A stretch of 53,946 nt of DNA, the filler included, from Sluysia triapertura (Eukaryota): the NCBI GenBank assembly GCA_046118255.1. It is 4 parts of 4 records of this genome, joined end to end, with 100 filler letters (N's around TTAATTAATTAA, not from the genome) between each part and the next. Parts side by side here need not be neighbours in the genome. Positions count along the whole stretch, not along the records: positions 38,447 to 53,946 come from JBJNIA010226572.1; 3 more parts are not named here. One strand, given 5' to 3'. The position numbers and the translations under genes are program-made. Each line of letters starts with the position of its first letter. Positions within the stretch are counted from its first letter, which is position 1. Below, in pieces: positions 39,364-52,210 of the stretch. Under the pieces are notes generated by a model. It worked only from the letters and a program-made list of their open reading frames with translations, had not been told where the DNA came from and did not search any database.

Positions 39364-39643
39364 CCAGATCAAAACTCCCAGTCAACTCCAAATTATTCCC
39401 ATTTTGATTGCCTCCTCCTCCTGACCCTAAACCACCAGTACTATGATAACCTTGGCAACTAAAAGTATCATTACAACAAACACTAGTAATATTGCCATTT
39501 CGAATTTTGTTTCGTCTTTTCTGTTCTACTCTATCTGATTCTTGATTTACTGCATCAAATACTGTCTCCGTTATTTCCAACTGCCATCTCTCAGACACTG
39601 TGGTTGGGAAATCTTTGTATTGTGCCTGATCTTCTTCTGTTAA
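39364..39643 (-). CDS. GRK2: GRK2/3-type kinase exon (RH C-terminal helices and linker); PH-domain exons not found in this contig
   Basis: ttacag|LTEEDQAQYKDFPTTVSERWQLEITETVFDAVNQESDRVEQKRRNK matches GRK2 [30 protein letters not shown]; probable phase 1 donor G|gttagt at 39363. Confidence 0.9.
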
Positions 39644-40696
39644 CTGTAAATAAACAAATTCCATTGTTATTCATTTTTTTGTTAAATTTAATCAAAATAA
39701 TCACTGCTTACTAAACAACTATTTCATTAACATGAATAAATTTTCTCTGTTTTCTTGTAATTGTCATTATTATTACTTATTTTATATAATTATACTATAT
39801 TAATATTAAATTATATTCGATTTGTTTCAATATTCAATATTTAAAATGGCGCCTTATACGAAGCAAACTGTATTCATTATGAAAATATATGGCTATTGGA
39901 TGTTTGTGGTAGAGGTTTTACAAATAATATCTATTTAGCTTATACTTCACGCTATGAGTCATTGAATAAAAAATTAAAATTAAAAATAAATCAAAATTAT
40001 AAAATAATATCGATTGGACCATTAATTTATAAAATCAAAAAATTATCCTTGAAAAATTATTTTTTCAACACATTTTCGAAATCACGAAAGTTTGAGAATC
40101 ACTGATTGAATGACCGAAAAAATTTGAAGTTAGTCACAAGCTAATTCTCGATGAAGATCAATACTATATAATTATCAATATCGTTAGTTATTGATGAGTT
40201 AGTAGTAAGTATTTTCTAATTATTTTCTTAATGTTACAAAATGGTACAATTGAAGATGTTAGAAATTATTTAATGAAAATATTACTTATTTTGACATATT
40301 TATCAGAAATTGATATATTAAATTATCACTTATTTCGGTCATTCTCATCTTATAGATTATATCGTATCATATCATACTTTGATTAATGATGGTTTGTTAC
40401 AAAACACACACACAGAATACTAGTAAATGATAGTTGGAAATGATACATAATCCATTAAAATAATTCGTAAATCTTGTATTACTGGAAGATAAAAATTGGT
40501 CAAATTATATTAAGAATGCTTGTCGAAAATAGATGAATTTCAATCAAACATGACAAGAAACAAACAAATACTATTCGATGGATGAATACTTTCTCGTCAT
40601 TTTAAGTTACATACCCAATTCATGTAGCTTACAAAAAACAAAGTGGTTATTATTCAAAATACTATTTGTATTAAATTACACAAAAGATGAATATAT

Positions 40697-41427
40697 AGTA
40701 CTACTCTTACTACTACTACTACTACTACTAATGCTACTGCTGCTGCTACTAGTACTTCTAGTACTACTATTACTACTACTGCTACGATTAATACAGTGGT
40801 GGCCAAATTATTAGATTAAAGACAATTTTTGTGATACAATTCAACATTTTTCAAGGATACTACGAAAATATTAATCAGGGTGAAACTCCTCATTAGGTCT
40901 CCTTAAGAAGATGGTTGAAAGGACAACTAGTCACTAAAACACATTTGACTATAGTCAACCTCAGTTAAATGTTAGTGTTGCTTAGCCCATGCCAACCTAA
41001 GGTTTCTTCTAAGTCGTCTCGCTCGCAAACCATTGTCTATAAGTCTCCTTCTGGCTGTTCTGTTACTAATGTGAATTCCGCAAGTCACTAACTACTTCTG
41101 CAAAGTCACTTTGGTAGCTTTACGATTTATCGTAGAAAGTTCCAACAAATATCTATATTTTCTCAGGATTTATAACATAGTTATATTATATATCGCATTT
41201 AGTATATTATACATAATATTTCGTATCTTACACATTCAATAATGAGCAAATATTAAGAAAAACATTTTTCCTGTTTTAGTCTTATAATTTGGCCACCACT
41301 GTACTACTACTACTACTGCTACTACTACTACCACTTCTACTACTACTATTACTACTACTAATATTACTACTACTATTATTATTATTATTACTACTACTTC
41401 TACTACTAATAACAATAATAATACTAC
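40697..41427. repeat. (CTA/TTA)n microsatellite split by a Tc1 insertion
   Basis: CTA-rich runs at about 40697-40785 and 41302-41427. Confidence 0.9.
40794..41301 (-). mobile_element. Tc1-family internally deleted element (508 nt)
   Basis: TA|CAGTGGTGGCCAAATTAT...ATAATTTGGCCACCACTG|TA (18-nt perfect TIR, extending with mismatches); remnant GIHISNRTARRRLIDNGLRARR..RLAWAKQH..T..D..Q.CFSD..RRPNEEF. Confidence 0.93.
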
Positions 41428-41590
41428 TTTAATTCCTTTCGTATCTTCTTCATCAAAAGATCCAATGTCAAAAGCATCAGCGGCATTCACTTCTCCTCGA
41501 GGTGGAACTAAAGGAGGCATATATTTTTGTTGATAAACTTGTAACCAATCAATTCCTTTGAAAAACGGATGTGATTTGATCTCAGCGGCT
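41428..41590 (-). CDS. GRK2: GRK2/3-type kinase exon (AGC C-tail)
   Basis: ttttag|A GCC..., phase 2; [54 protein letters not shown]|gtagta. Confidence 0.96.
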
Positions 41591-42047
41591 CTAAAACAAT
41601 TTGTAATAGTTTATTTAGTATCACGTTTTAAATAAAACAGATATTAAATAAGACATTTTACTATTAATTTTGTAAGGTAGCTAAGGTATCTAGAGAAATA
41701 TCATGAAAAAGAATTAAAATATGATGTCAGCATTTTCTTGCAATTAAAAAAGTTAATTAATTAAAAATAAATAATTGATAGGAATAATCTTAAATAAACA
41801 GGAAGCACCTAAATATAAGAAAACAAATTATGAAACAAATATAAAAAATTGAAAACTGAATAGGAAGTGCATTAAGTCCAATTAAAAATAAAAAAGTATT
41901 TTTTATTTTATTGAAAACGGATGTCAAGAAAAGAGTATATAAAGAGAACTCAATGACATAAATTCGCACAAGAGAAAAGAAAAACCTTTGCAGATTAACT
42001 TAAATTGTAAAAGTTTATAAAGCAAATTTGTGGATAGTCGGATTATT

Positions 42048-43231
42048 AGTTATTACATCAAGCAGTCAACGAAGAGAAATACATTCAAAGTATTTTATTG
42101 GGTTCTACAGACTTCGAAGAGTATTCATGAAGACATCTATCGGATCTACATATTTTGTTCAGAGAATTCGTAAGTTTATGTTTGATAAGTTTGCTCTATC
42201 TTAGGGTAGAGATAATTTTCCACTTAAATTAAAGTAATTGCACAACTAGTTTTCCACTAGTCATAATCTACAAATTAAACTTGGTTGTTCAAGCAATAAT
42301 TAATTATTTATTGTATAACGAATAGTAAAGGTATTTAAAACACATTTTAAAAATTACCTTTAGAAGCTTTCGCGTATCCTTTAACAAATATTAAAAGAAA
42401 TCCTACAGGGGTGCCTACCACAAAGTTATAAGACATCAATTCCAGGCGAATCTGGCTTCACTTAATGAGTTCATTAAATGTCTTTATACTGTGCACAATG
42501 CACTCAAATGGTGTACTAAATGTAAAATAAAGTTACAAGACTACATCTGTGAACGACATCTTTTCAAAATACTTCATAACGTTGAGTCTATATATTTTCC
42601 CCACTGATTCAGAACTCATTAATAGTGAAATTGAAAAGCAAAAGTCGCATTAACATTTTCTTTTTGTATTCTTGTGTATAATTTTATTGTTATTTAAGTA
42701 TTTTATAACTGGTATTAATATTTAATGAAAAATTTATTTGTGGCTCTTGAAAAAATTTAATATAATCATAAAAACCTAGAATGTTATGCAGAATATAAAA
42801 GAGAAAAGGAGACAAAAAACAGCTAGATCAACTCATACCGAAACATCCAATATAATAAATGATATGTGAAGCGTAAATGTCTTTAACTTTAAGTATCTAT
42901 ACGTAATGAACGGGTTCCTAAACATATCGAATGTATAACATAACACAAAGATTTTTATTGTACTATCAAAAGATGGCTATTGTGACCGGACGACATCAGA
43001 ACAAAGAGTCATTGAGATCAATAATGAGACTTTGTTAATTGATACATGAATACGTGGTATATCCATTACGGACTTCAAATTGAAATACGACTCATACCAA
43101 GTTTTCAATTCGATGTTACGAAAGAAACATTTTGTGTGATTATGCACAATATTAAAATAAATAAACTAATAAATTGTATCATGAACTCAAATACTTTCAA
43201 GAAAATCATAAAATTTGAAATCGTAGAATAA
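42048..43231 (+). pseudogene. Decayed coding fragments inside a GRK intron; the 3' part is weakly small-GTPase-like
   Basis: Exon-like pieces with ag/gtaagt ends and internal stops; EQRVIEINNETLLIDT* and FDVTKETF recall Ras/Rab strands, but no P-loop was seen. Confidence 0.25.
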
Positions 43232-46200
43232 GTACTTCAACATAGAAAAAAATAAAATAAAAGTAGAATAATAAGAATGAAGAACGGAACCAAGCACACT
43301 TAATTAGCTAGAAGAGACAATTATGTAAAATATGTAATACTGGTATAATAGAAATGAAGAACAAGCATTATCACATTCACAAATTCATACAAATTCGCAA
43401 AACGGATATAAATAAATTATATGGCCAAAGTTATAATATAGATTGAAGAATTGGCCATAAAATATGTAAAATAAGATTATGTATACATGTATTTAAAAAC
43501 GGCTCTATAGTGATGAAGTTAACTCAGAGAAAATGGATTATAGAAAAATTATTATCCACATTAATGTCATTGAAAAATAGTCAGAAGTTAACGCACTTTT
43601 TCCACGCGATTTTATTGGAGTTTTTGGAGAATTAATTACTGAGGATTATTAATATTATTAATATAATATTAATAATCATAGATAATAAACTAGATAAAAT
43701 AATAAATTAAATTAATCTTAAAATGTCGTTTTTATGATTGCAAATTGAATTTAATTCTACGATATTTTGGAAATAGATACTAAATTGATTACTAAATGGA
43801 GACTGAAAAATTTTAAAACCTCTCATCTCCATCTCTAATAACAGAGTCGAGTTAAAAAATTCACGATATAAAAGATAATGATAATTTGGATTAAGAATTA
43901 AAAATTATTCGATATCATTGGAGAAGCTTAGATTGTTAAAGTCTGAATAAAATGGTAATAATAATAATAATCTAATAAAATATTCACAAATTAAATGATG
44001 ATAAAAAAATCGATTAAAAAATTGTCTAAAGCCATTTTTAGGTTACTATTTTTATTTTTGATGAAAAATAATCATTTCATGTCTACAAATGCAATACTAA
44101 AAGATATTAACAATTTTATGAACATATATTTTGGAAAATGTTTCACTGATAAAGAAACTGTTGTCCATCATTATCATAATGATAATGATTCAAATCATGT
44201 CCAACAGTTCGTTTTAGAATTGCTCCTAACTTTTCATTAATAAAAAGTGACGTAAATTGTAGTACCAAAAAAGTTCATTAAATAAATATATTTAAGACAA
44301 ACAACCAACCCATTAATTTAAATTTAGCGTGTGCATTATTTGTTTAGATACTTTTAACATCAGAAGTTTTGCTGTTTTATTTTTACTTGAGAACGGTTAT
44401 ACAGATGTGATTATTTATTGCATTATGGATTATGTATTTAATTTAGCGCATCCAACTGGATGTATTAAATTTTTGGAAACATTACAGTTAGTCCATTTTT
44501 TATATCGATGTGTTCATTGTTTTAAAGATTTTAATAAGTTTTATTACGTACTCATAGTTAATACAATAATTGTTAAACTTATTTGTAAAGAATAAAATAG
44601 TCCTTAAGACTGAAATTTGTAAACATTTTGTATTTTTAAAACAATTTAATGAAAAATTAAATGAAATTATAATAATTAATTAATAATTAAATTTTAAATG
44701 CCTATAATTCAATTTAATGGTTTTAATGTCTTACCTATGCTTTACATTAATGTAACATCCAGTACGTATTTCGACAACATCTTGAACTATTTCAATTTTA
44801 AGACCAATAATTCAAGCATCTCTCACACTTACAACACAAAATACAACTACTACTTTACTCACCTCATTAATAAAACAACTGCAAGTTTGCTACACAGTAA
44901 AGGGCACGTTCTCATTTATTTTTTCTCCGAATTTTGGTGTACGCATAATCACTTGGTGTTATTGCATTTAAATAAAGATTTCAACATGACGTTTTTTAAA
45001 CAATCTTTAGACAAATACAAATATTGGCCTTTGAACCTTAAGTTAATAAGATCATGTTCGATATACTTTTACAACACATATTTAAATATAAAACCATTCA
45101 TAGTAAATAAAATAACTTATAATAAATTCATAAAACCAACATCATCACTTTCTTTAACACCAAAGTAACTTAATACAAAGCGAACATAAACATACAAACA
45201 TAGAACAATAATTGGGGGTTGCACTATATGGGATGAATAAGAATTATTGATTATTGACAAACAAATTGGAAAATAAATATTAAAGTTGCATTATTCTAAT
45301 TTCAATAAAGCAACCAGTTGAGTTTTTTGGATTTATGAATAATTATTTAGGTTTGCTAACAAAATAATTTAATCTTCACAGTAAATTATATATGAAAAGA
45401 AACTTTCAGAATTTGATAAAAATAAAAACAACCACCTCATTCTAAATACGGATTTGTAAATATGTGCAAACAAGTGAAGAATAATCAATAAATTAAATTT
45501 AAGACTAACTCTGGATGTTAGATTTGTAAATGATCAGCAAAACTGAAAATTACAAGTACTTTTGGTCACCTACCTCACAACCAGTATCGATAGATGACAC
45601 TGATTGACATTTCAAAAATTGCTTGTCAACATTTGTTTTTAACTTACTTTACTAGAACATGCAAAATCATCTTGCAAGGAAACAATATGTACACTGTTAT
45701 CATCAAGAACAAAATATCAGATACAATTACTTTTACTTATCAGTATAGTAAGTTTCTGTAGGAAACATTTTTATAGGTGTAATAAATAAGTAATTAATAT
45801 GTTTTTAGAAACTTATTTGTCTACAAAATTGTGATTGTCGTCTGCTTCTCAATTCAACTTTTGCTTTTCGTTTCACCTTTAAAATGTCTGTTATTTCCTT
45901 AAGTCTCATCTTTGGATATTGTTTTTAATATTTTGTGTGTAATTGAAAAATCGAATTAGTTTTCTAAATTCTTTTGTTTTTTAACAACAGTTTGTTAAAA
46001 GTAGATACATTCATAATAGTAATAAAAGTAATAACAATAATAATAATAGAAATAGAATAATAATAATTAAACAATAGATTTACAATTTAAGTTGAGATGG
46101 TTGAAGGTGTGAAGATAGTGTAAGAGAAATTGTTAAATTGTGAGAGCACATGAATATGTGTAAATGCAAGAATGAGTAAAATAGATAAATAGTTTGTTCG

Positions 46201-46744
46201 CATTTGAGAGGTGACAGTTTTGGGTCAATATTCATTTAATTAATTAATTATATATAAATTGTAAATAAGCACCCAAACAAGGGTGAGAACATTTATAAGT
46301 ATTCCTGTTTGACAGTTATTTCTCCATTTCACCAATCCACACAAACGTTCAATATTCTAAATTCTATTGACAGAGCGTCTTCAAGCTCTGTGGCTTTATA
46401 AACTGTCCAATGTCAGAGTGAATAATAGAACACAAGAACTTGTGTGTGTCTGTAAATTTTTTATTGATAATTGGATATGCATCTTTATTAATAATATAAA
46501 TTGTCCTAAAGAATTTTGAATAATTTAGAATTACTTAAGAGTATATATAACCAACCCCAAAATTGATTTAGTTGGTTTTTCTATACTCATATTATAAAGT
46601 CTTTCTTGTTTAAGAAAGGATCTATTATAAAATAATAAATTAAACTAGAGTAAATCATACTAACAACCTTACATAAGTGAAAACATTAAATAATATAATC
46701 ACGCACTTACATAGTAGGATTGAGCCTTCATAAATAGTTAGTAG

Positions 46745-46824
46745 TTGACCTCCGTTAATTATCTTACTAAAAAATCCGACGATCTAGTCGTAACCCGTAA
46801 GCCTACATACGTCGGCGGGACGCA
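46745..46824 (-). repeat. Dispersed hairpin-forming repeat, copy 4
   Basis: Reverse complement TGCGTCCCGCCGACG..TAGGCTTAC..GACTAG.TCGTCGGATTTTTTAG..GGAGGTC. Confidence 0.7.
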
Positions 46825-47572
46825 TAAGCGTAGTTTTATTCTGTTAAGATTAAATTTTCTTTCAAAAACCACCAACACATAGATAAACTAACACATTAGA
46901 GAATCGAAATACTTTCCAAGAATTCAAATGATTCTTATTTTCAATTTATGTCTTTGTTAACTGGTCTACTAACACGTATGATTTACAATCGATTTTCAAG
47001 TTTTAGTTACTTCCAGATTAACTCAACAAAATAAGCATTTCAAAATCGATGTCTCTTGCGATAAAAGTAAAGATGTTTCCAATATCAATTCCTATGTGCT
47101 AATGTCAAAAACATAACCAAAACACAATAATTTTATAAAAGATATAAAGTAATTAATTATTGGGTTATGTGCATTGAGAGTATGTTGTCAAAAACATAAT
47201 TTAACTAATAGAATAATTTCCTATACTCATCTAGTAACAACCGTACTCGAGTCAAGTTTTGACTCGACTCAATACTCGAGTCCATCAAGTCAATACGTAC
47301 AGTTTTTATCCTAGACACAGTAAAAGTCACAGAAACACATTTTCATAAGTATTTGAATGTAGAGTTTTAAAATCTAATTTAAATATAAATATCGTACTTC
47401 TATCTCTAGCAACAGAAACAAGTTCAGAACTAAACTCGAAGATAGTTAAACATTTACAATAGCTTGACTATTACAATAATTTCATTTAAATACAACATCA
47501 CAAACAAGTAAAAGGTAAATTTCAAACATTTAATTAATTAAGCAGAAATACTAAAATAAGAATGTAGCATAC

Positions 47573-47673
47573 CCAATTCCTTTACATCCCAATCTGGCAC
47601 TGACACTTCTTTGTAATAAACCTTCTAGTAAAGATCTGACTTCAAGACTCATTGTATCTGGTAAATCTACGTT
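47573..47673 (-). CDS. GRK2: GRK2/3-type kinase exon (subdomains X-XI; not in ORF track)
   Basis: tttcag|[34 protein letters not shown]|gtatgc; phases 0/2 match the neighbouring exons. Confidence 0.95.
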
Positions 47674-47737
47674 CTGAAAGTTAATTTAATGCTATAAAAT
47701 TATAAAACAACAACATATTATTATTTATTATCTAGTA

Positions 47738-48040
47738 CAGGGGTGGCCTAGCTTCTTGATAGTCCGAGTTATTTTTCAAAATTTGAAATTTTTCGCGAGC
47801 CACAATTAAATATGTATTAAAAAGTATGAAAAAGAGGTATTAAAAAATCTTTTTTCGATGAGTCATATGAAATTTGTTACCACGTTGCACTTAGTCTTTC
47901 GTACTTGTTGTCAGTAATTTTGAAACACATACGGAACGACAATTTTTTAAAATATAATAATAAAAAAATGAAAAGGGAACTCGGTACATTTATCGAGAAC
48001 TACAAATAATCCTTCACAGATCCACAGGTGGCCACCCCTG
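47738..48040. mobile_element. hAT-type (Charlie-like) MITE, 303 nt
   Basis: Perfect 11-nt TIR CAGGGGTGGCC...GGCCACCCCTG; no 8-nt TSD visible. Confidence 0.7.
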
Positions 48041-48123
48041 GTGCTTTCATTTATTATATATAATAATTGAATATTAATAAATGATAAGATTCATTTATCT
48101 TCAAATGAAAACCAAACAATAAC

Positions 48124-48393
48124 CATTGTTAATGTCATCTTATCAATTTCGTTTTTATCTTTCGTCATTTGACGCCGAAATGGTGAATGACCGCGCAGTA
48201 ATTTATATAACATGCAACCCAAAGAAAACCAATCAGCACTTGAGTCATAAGATTGACCTTTTTGAAGAACTTCCGGTGCAATGTAACCATGTGTACCAAC
48301 ACTAGCAAAAGGTCGTTTGATACTGAAATCACAAGCTAAACCCAAATCACTGATTCTCACATGTCCATTTTCATCCAATAAAATATTAGCTGG
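48124..48393 (-). CDS. GRK2: GRK2/3-type kinase exon (subdomains VIb-IX)
   Basis: tttag|[46 protein letters not shown]...[20 protein letters not shown]...DKMTLTM|gt; the DLG motif is typical of GRKs. Confidence 0.97.
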
Positions 48394-48771
48394 CTAAATA
48401 TAATTTTAATTAAATATAATTATCAATATATAATCAACACATACAAAGAATAGTTTATTATGTTGGATTATTAAGTTAATAAAAAAGTAGAAAACAATGG
48501 TAATAAATGAATCAAAATAATACTAAAATTTATAAAGGCACACGAATAGATCTATAAATGAAATTAAAACAAAGCGATTAAACAGAACTTAAGTTTCTTA
48601 ACAAATTTCAGACCAGATCTTATAGAAAGCTGGCTAACAAACTACTATGTTCACAATCACTTTTCGAAATTCTAAAATACCGAACCTTTTTTGTATTATT
48701 TTTACCATCGAGCAAATTTTCTTTTCGATTATTATTCGTTGGTGTGGTTTTTTACAATTATGAAAAATTCA

Positions 48772-49469
48772 TACTGATCACGAATAAAAACCGTGCAAAA
48801 AATTCCTGATAACAAAATGAATTTTTATTTATTAGAAAAAACTAATATCACGGTCTCAATCGGTGAGATATTCTCATCCACAATCGATCATTTCCTTCCA
48901 CCGTTCTGGCAGTTTGTCAATGACACGTTTGAAGAAGCTTGGTGATTTTGGTCGACAAATTGTTATTGCTTCTTCGTTTTAAAATGTGAGACCAGAAAGA
49001 TGGTTCGACATGGAGCAGAAAAGATGAAAATCTGTTGGGGCTAAGTCAGGCGAATACGGGGGATGCAAGCTTTTGAACTTTTCCAATTTTCTTGAGATGT
49101 CGAGAAATAGTGTTGTGATCACAATCCGTGGATCGTCATGAATCAATTGGTTCAAACAGTCTTCATCAAAGTCACTAGGTCGGCATCGTTTAAATTTTCT
49201 ACTGTTAAATTTCGAAAACTACTTTTGTGCTGTTCATTCACTGACTACCTTTTCTCCATAAAGGCAACGTTTAAATGTTGATTAAAATAGAAAAGGAACA
49301 GATGCCTGACACTCCATTTTAATGATGGTAATGAAAGTGAAAGTTAGTCTAAATTGAGTGAAATAGATAATTCAGCTGAATGAATATAACTCAAATAATT
49401 TTAAACAAGAAGTTGGTGTGTTTTCTTTGCAACAAATAAAACCGCACGAATTTATGCACCAAACCAATA
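48772..49469 (-). mobile_element. Mariner (cecropia-like) internally deleted element
   Basis: TIR TA|TTGGTTTGGTGCATAAATTCGTGCGGTTTT; remnants YGEKVVSE..RPSDFDEDCLNQLIHDDPR and HPPYSPDLAPTDFHLF...IDKLPERWKEMI. Confidence 0.93.
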
Positions 49470-52165
49470 TTTTAAATTATTCACAAATTTATCACAACAA
49501 ATAAATAAATAAGAAAATATTTATAAAATATTTATCAAAGAATCTAATAACAATATGCCTATCTGGTGGTATTCCCTAGAAAGATAAACTTTTTACGCAA
49601 AATAAAAGGATAAAAAATAGAAAAACAGTTAAATGATACAAAAAGACTGTTTTTCTATATTCTGGATCTTTCTTTAAAAGATACGAAATTTGGTAAATAT
49701 TTCACTTATGGACTTCAAGAAATAACTAATTAGAAATGCTTGGCTGACAAACAGAAATATTGAGAAGAGCACCGCCTTCTGAAAACCAGTGTAGGTTGTT
49801 TTTCTAGCCTTACCAAAAACTCTCAAAATGTTTGTATGGTATGAAAAGTAAAAAAAGAAGACTAGATGTATCTGTGTAATGAGTGTAATGTTGAGTTATG
49901 TTTGCCAGACTACATATATTTATATTGCATTTCCCACACTTTTTGATATCTTGCAAAAAATTGATTTTTAGAAAAATCCCGCTCCGTAAGATGTAAGACT
50001 TAAGTTAACGTATGTCAATAATTAATAATAGAACGTTGAATATAATTAAAGAATTATCAAAAAATATATACCTGATTCAAATATTAAACAACAATACTGA
50101 AATATGTACAATAAAAATATTTCGAAAATTTGACGAGTGAGACTCGTCATCGATATGAATAACCAAAGTTACAGTGCGCATGCGTCAAGTGATGCCTGCT
50201 AACAATTAACGAGCGAAAATAAATACCTTCAATATGTTAAAAAAGTTCAAATAAATTAGAACTTAAGGGCTTAATAATTAAATAATTTGATAAATAGTAA
50301 ATAAATGATACTTTATTAATAATATAATACATGATTGCAAGATAGTTACTAGGATCAAAATCTAAGTTACTTATCAAAGATAAATTATACAGGTTGCAAC
50401 TGTATTTGTAGGTAGAGGCGCAATGGTTGGAAGTGCAATTGATAAATTTAAAATATTCTACCACTGGTTAGAAGGCATTATTAGGATTCTCCTACGGATA
50501 CTTCGTTAGTTATTTATTATACAATAAATTAAATAATTAAAATGAATAAATAAAGTAAATAAATAATAAATGAATTTTATTGGTTAGAAATTAAAAGCCA
50601 ATTAAAAGCTAGTTTTTTGGAATTCTGAAATATTTATTCTTTAATAAATTTAAATAAAACTGTCAATCTGGTTGTGCATTCTCGACAAACTTAATCTGTG
50701 GTGACCAACTCAACAATTTGAAATTTTGTTCAAATAAAACACAGCCAAAAATCTCATAATTCTTAATACTTCTACACATAAATTTACAATACACTACATT
50801 CACATTCAATAATGAAAATCATCAAAGATTAACTTTTAAAATTAATTCTTGTCACTACAAACTTAATTCATAATACTTCACACAAAATCACATTCCATAA
50901 GATTCTAACTACCTTCCATTAAAACCTTTCCACATGTTATCTCTTCAGATCCACTAGAACCATTCTCATTTTAGTACATGTTCAATTACAAATTTATTAC
51001 ACCAAAATCACTTCTACATTCAAAACCATCATTACACATTAAATTTTATTCAATACATTTTCAATACATTTTTCAATATCCAAACTCAGAAACATTGCAG
51101 CATATCTAAAGATTTTTTAAAATATTCATCCTTTCTTTTATAACATTGGAATCGTAATTGCACCCTGAAAATTTTATTTAAAAAGTTAAAGCTTAGTTTA
51201 AAAAACATCATGGCTTCATAATCTTTCAACATCAGCCTTTAAGACTCCTAAAGATATTTATGATAATTAAAGAAATTATATGTTCAGAAACAAAGATGAA
51301 ATAAAAGAAAGTTTATGTTTAGAATAAAGGATTTATGTTTTTGAATCATTTTATTGTTATTATTATTATTATTTTATTTTCTTCTTATTTGATTTTGATT
51401 ATTTTCACCATTATTATTATTTGATGTTATTAATTTTATAAACATTTTTAATTTCATTGTAACTACCAACAATTGACAGTTTTAATCAAATATTACTGTA
51501 TCTACCCAATTTACTGTCAATTGTTGAGAATTTGCTTACAGACACATTGTTGAGCTTTTCAATTGATTTTAGTGCTGATAGTTAAATATCTAAAATTTAC
51601 TTATTAGGAACATACACTCACCAATTCGTTGTGTGCACTTGATGATCTATAATGTAATTTTATTCGTCCTCCAATCAACATAAAATTACTAAGTAAAACC
51701 ATATAATGTTATTATTGGTGTACGGTGGTTTGCACAGATATACAAGATTGTACTATCGACATATGCATCATAGTCATATCGATTAACTGAAAATAGACAA
51801 CATACATCACAAAGATTGATAGTAGTGTTGTATACACGATGTAGCAATTGTGTTTCGTAAAGGTTTTTGATGTGATATGATAATTTGTTTAAGCACGGAA
51901 ATTTCATAGGTGATATCAGTTAATAAATAAAAGAAAGATAAAAAATTTTCACAAATAATACCGTTAAAGATAAAAGAAATTAACAATTATTAATAGAGTT
52001 ACAAAAAACAAATTGAGAATAGTCATTTAAAAATTTAGAGCACTGATAAAAATTAATACCTCAATTCAATAATGTTAACAATTGTACCTAACATATCTAA
52101 ACTTTTAGATCATGTTTCAAAATTAAAATATTCAAAGCCAGGTTATGTACATCAACATGCTATGC

Positions 52166-52210
52166 CAGCGATGGCGAACCTTTTTGAGAAGTGGGTCAAA
52201 TTTTGTTTAC
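52166..52210 (+). mobile_element. Solo hAT-like terminus
   Basis: CAGCGATGGCGAACCTTTTT resembles hAT-Charlie MITE ends; no partner end seen. Confidence 0.35.

Noticed and set aside
40578-40814. Poly-Leu membrane protein ORF
   Set aside because: It is a translation of the (CTA)n microsatellite running into the Tc1 TIR.
44698-45168. 156-aa plus-strand ORF
   Set aside because: No motif; it is the shadow of a strand-skewed region whose opposite strand is full of stops.
46320-46420. Second STIM-like motif (NIERLCG) on the minus strand
   Set aside because: A very short match flanked by stops; another frame (ELEDAL) looks more like a pogo HTH relic, and neither is well supported.
50131-50155. Minimal hammerhead ribozyme
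   Set aside because: TTGACGAG..CTCGTCA lacks both the C of CUGA and the GAAA core on either strand.
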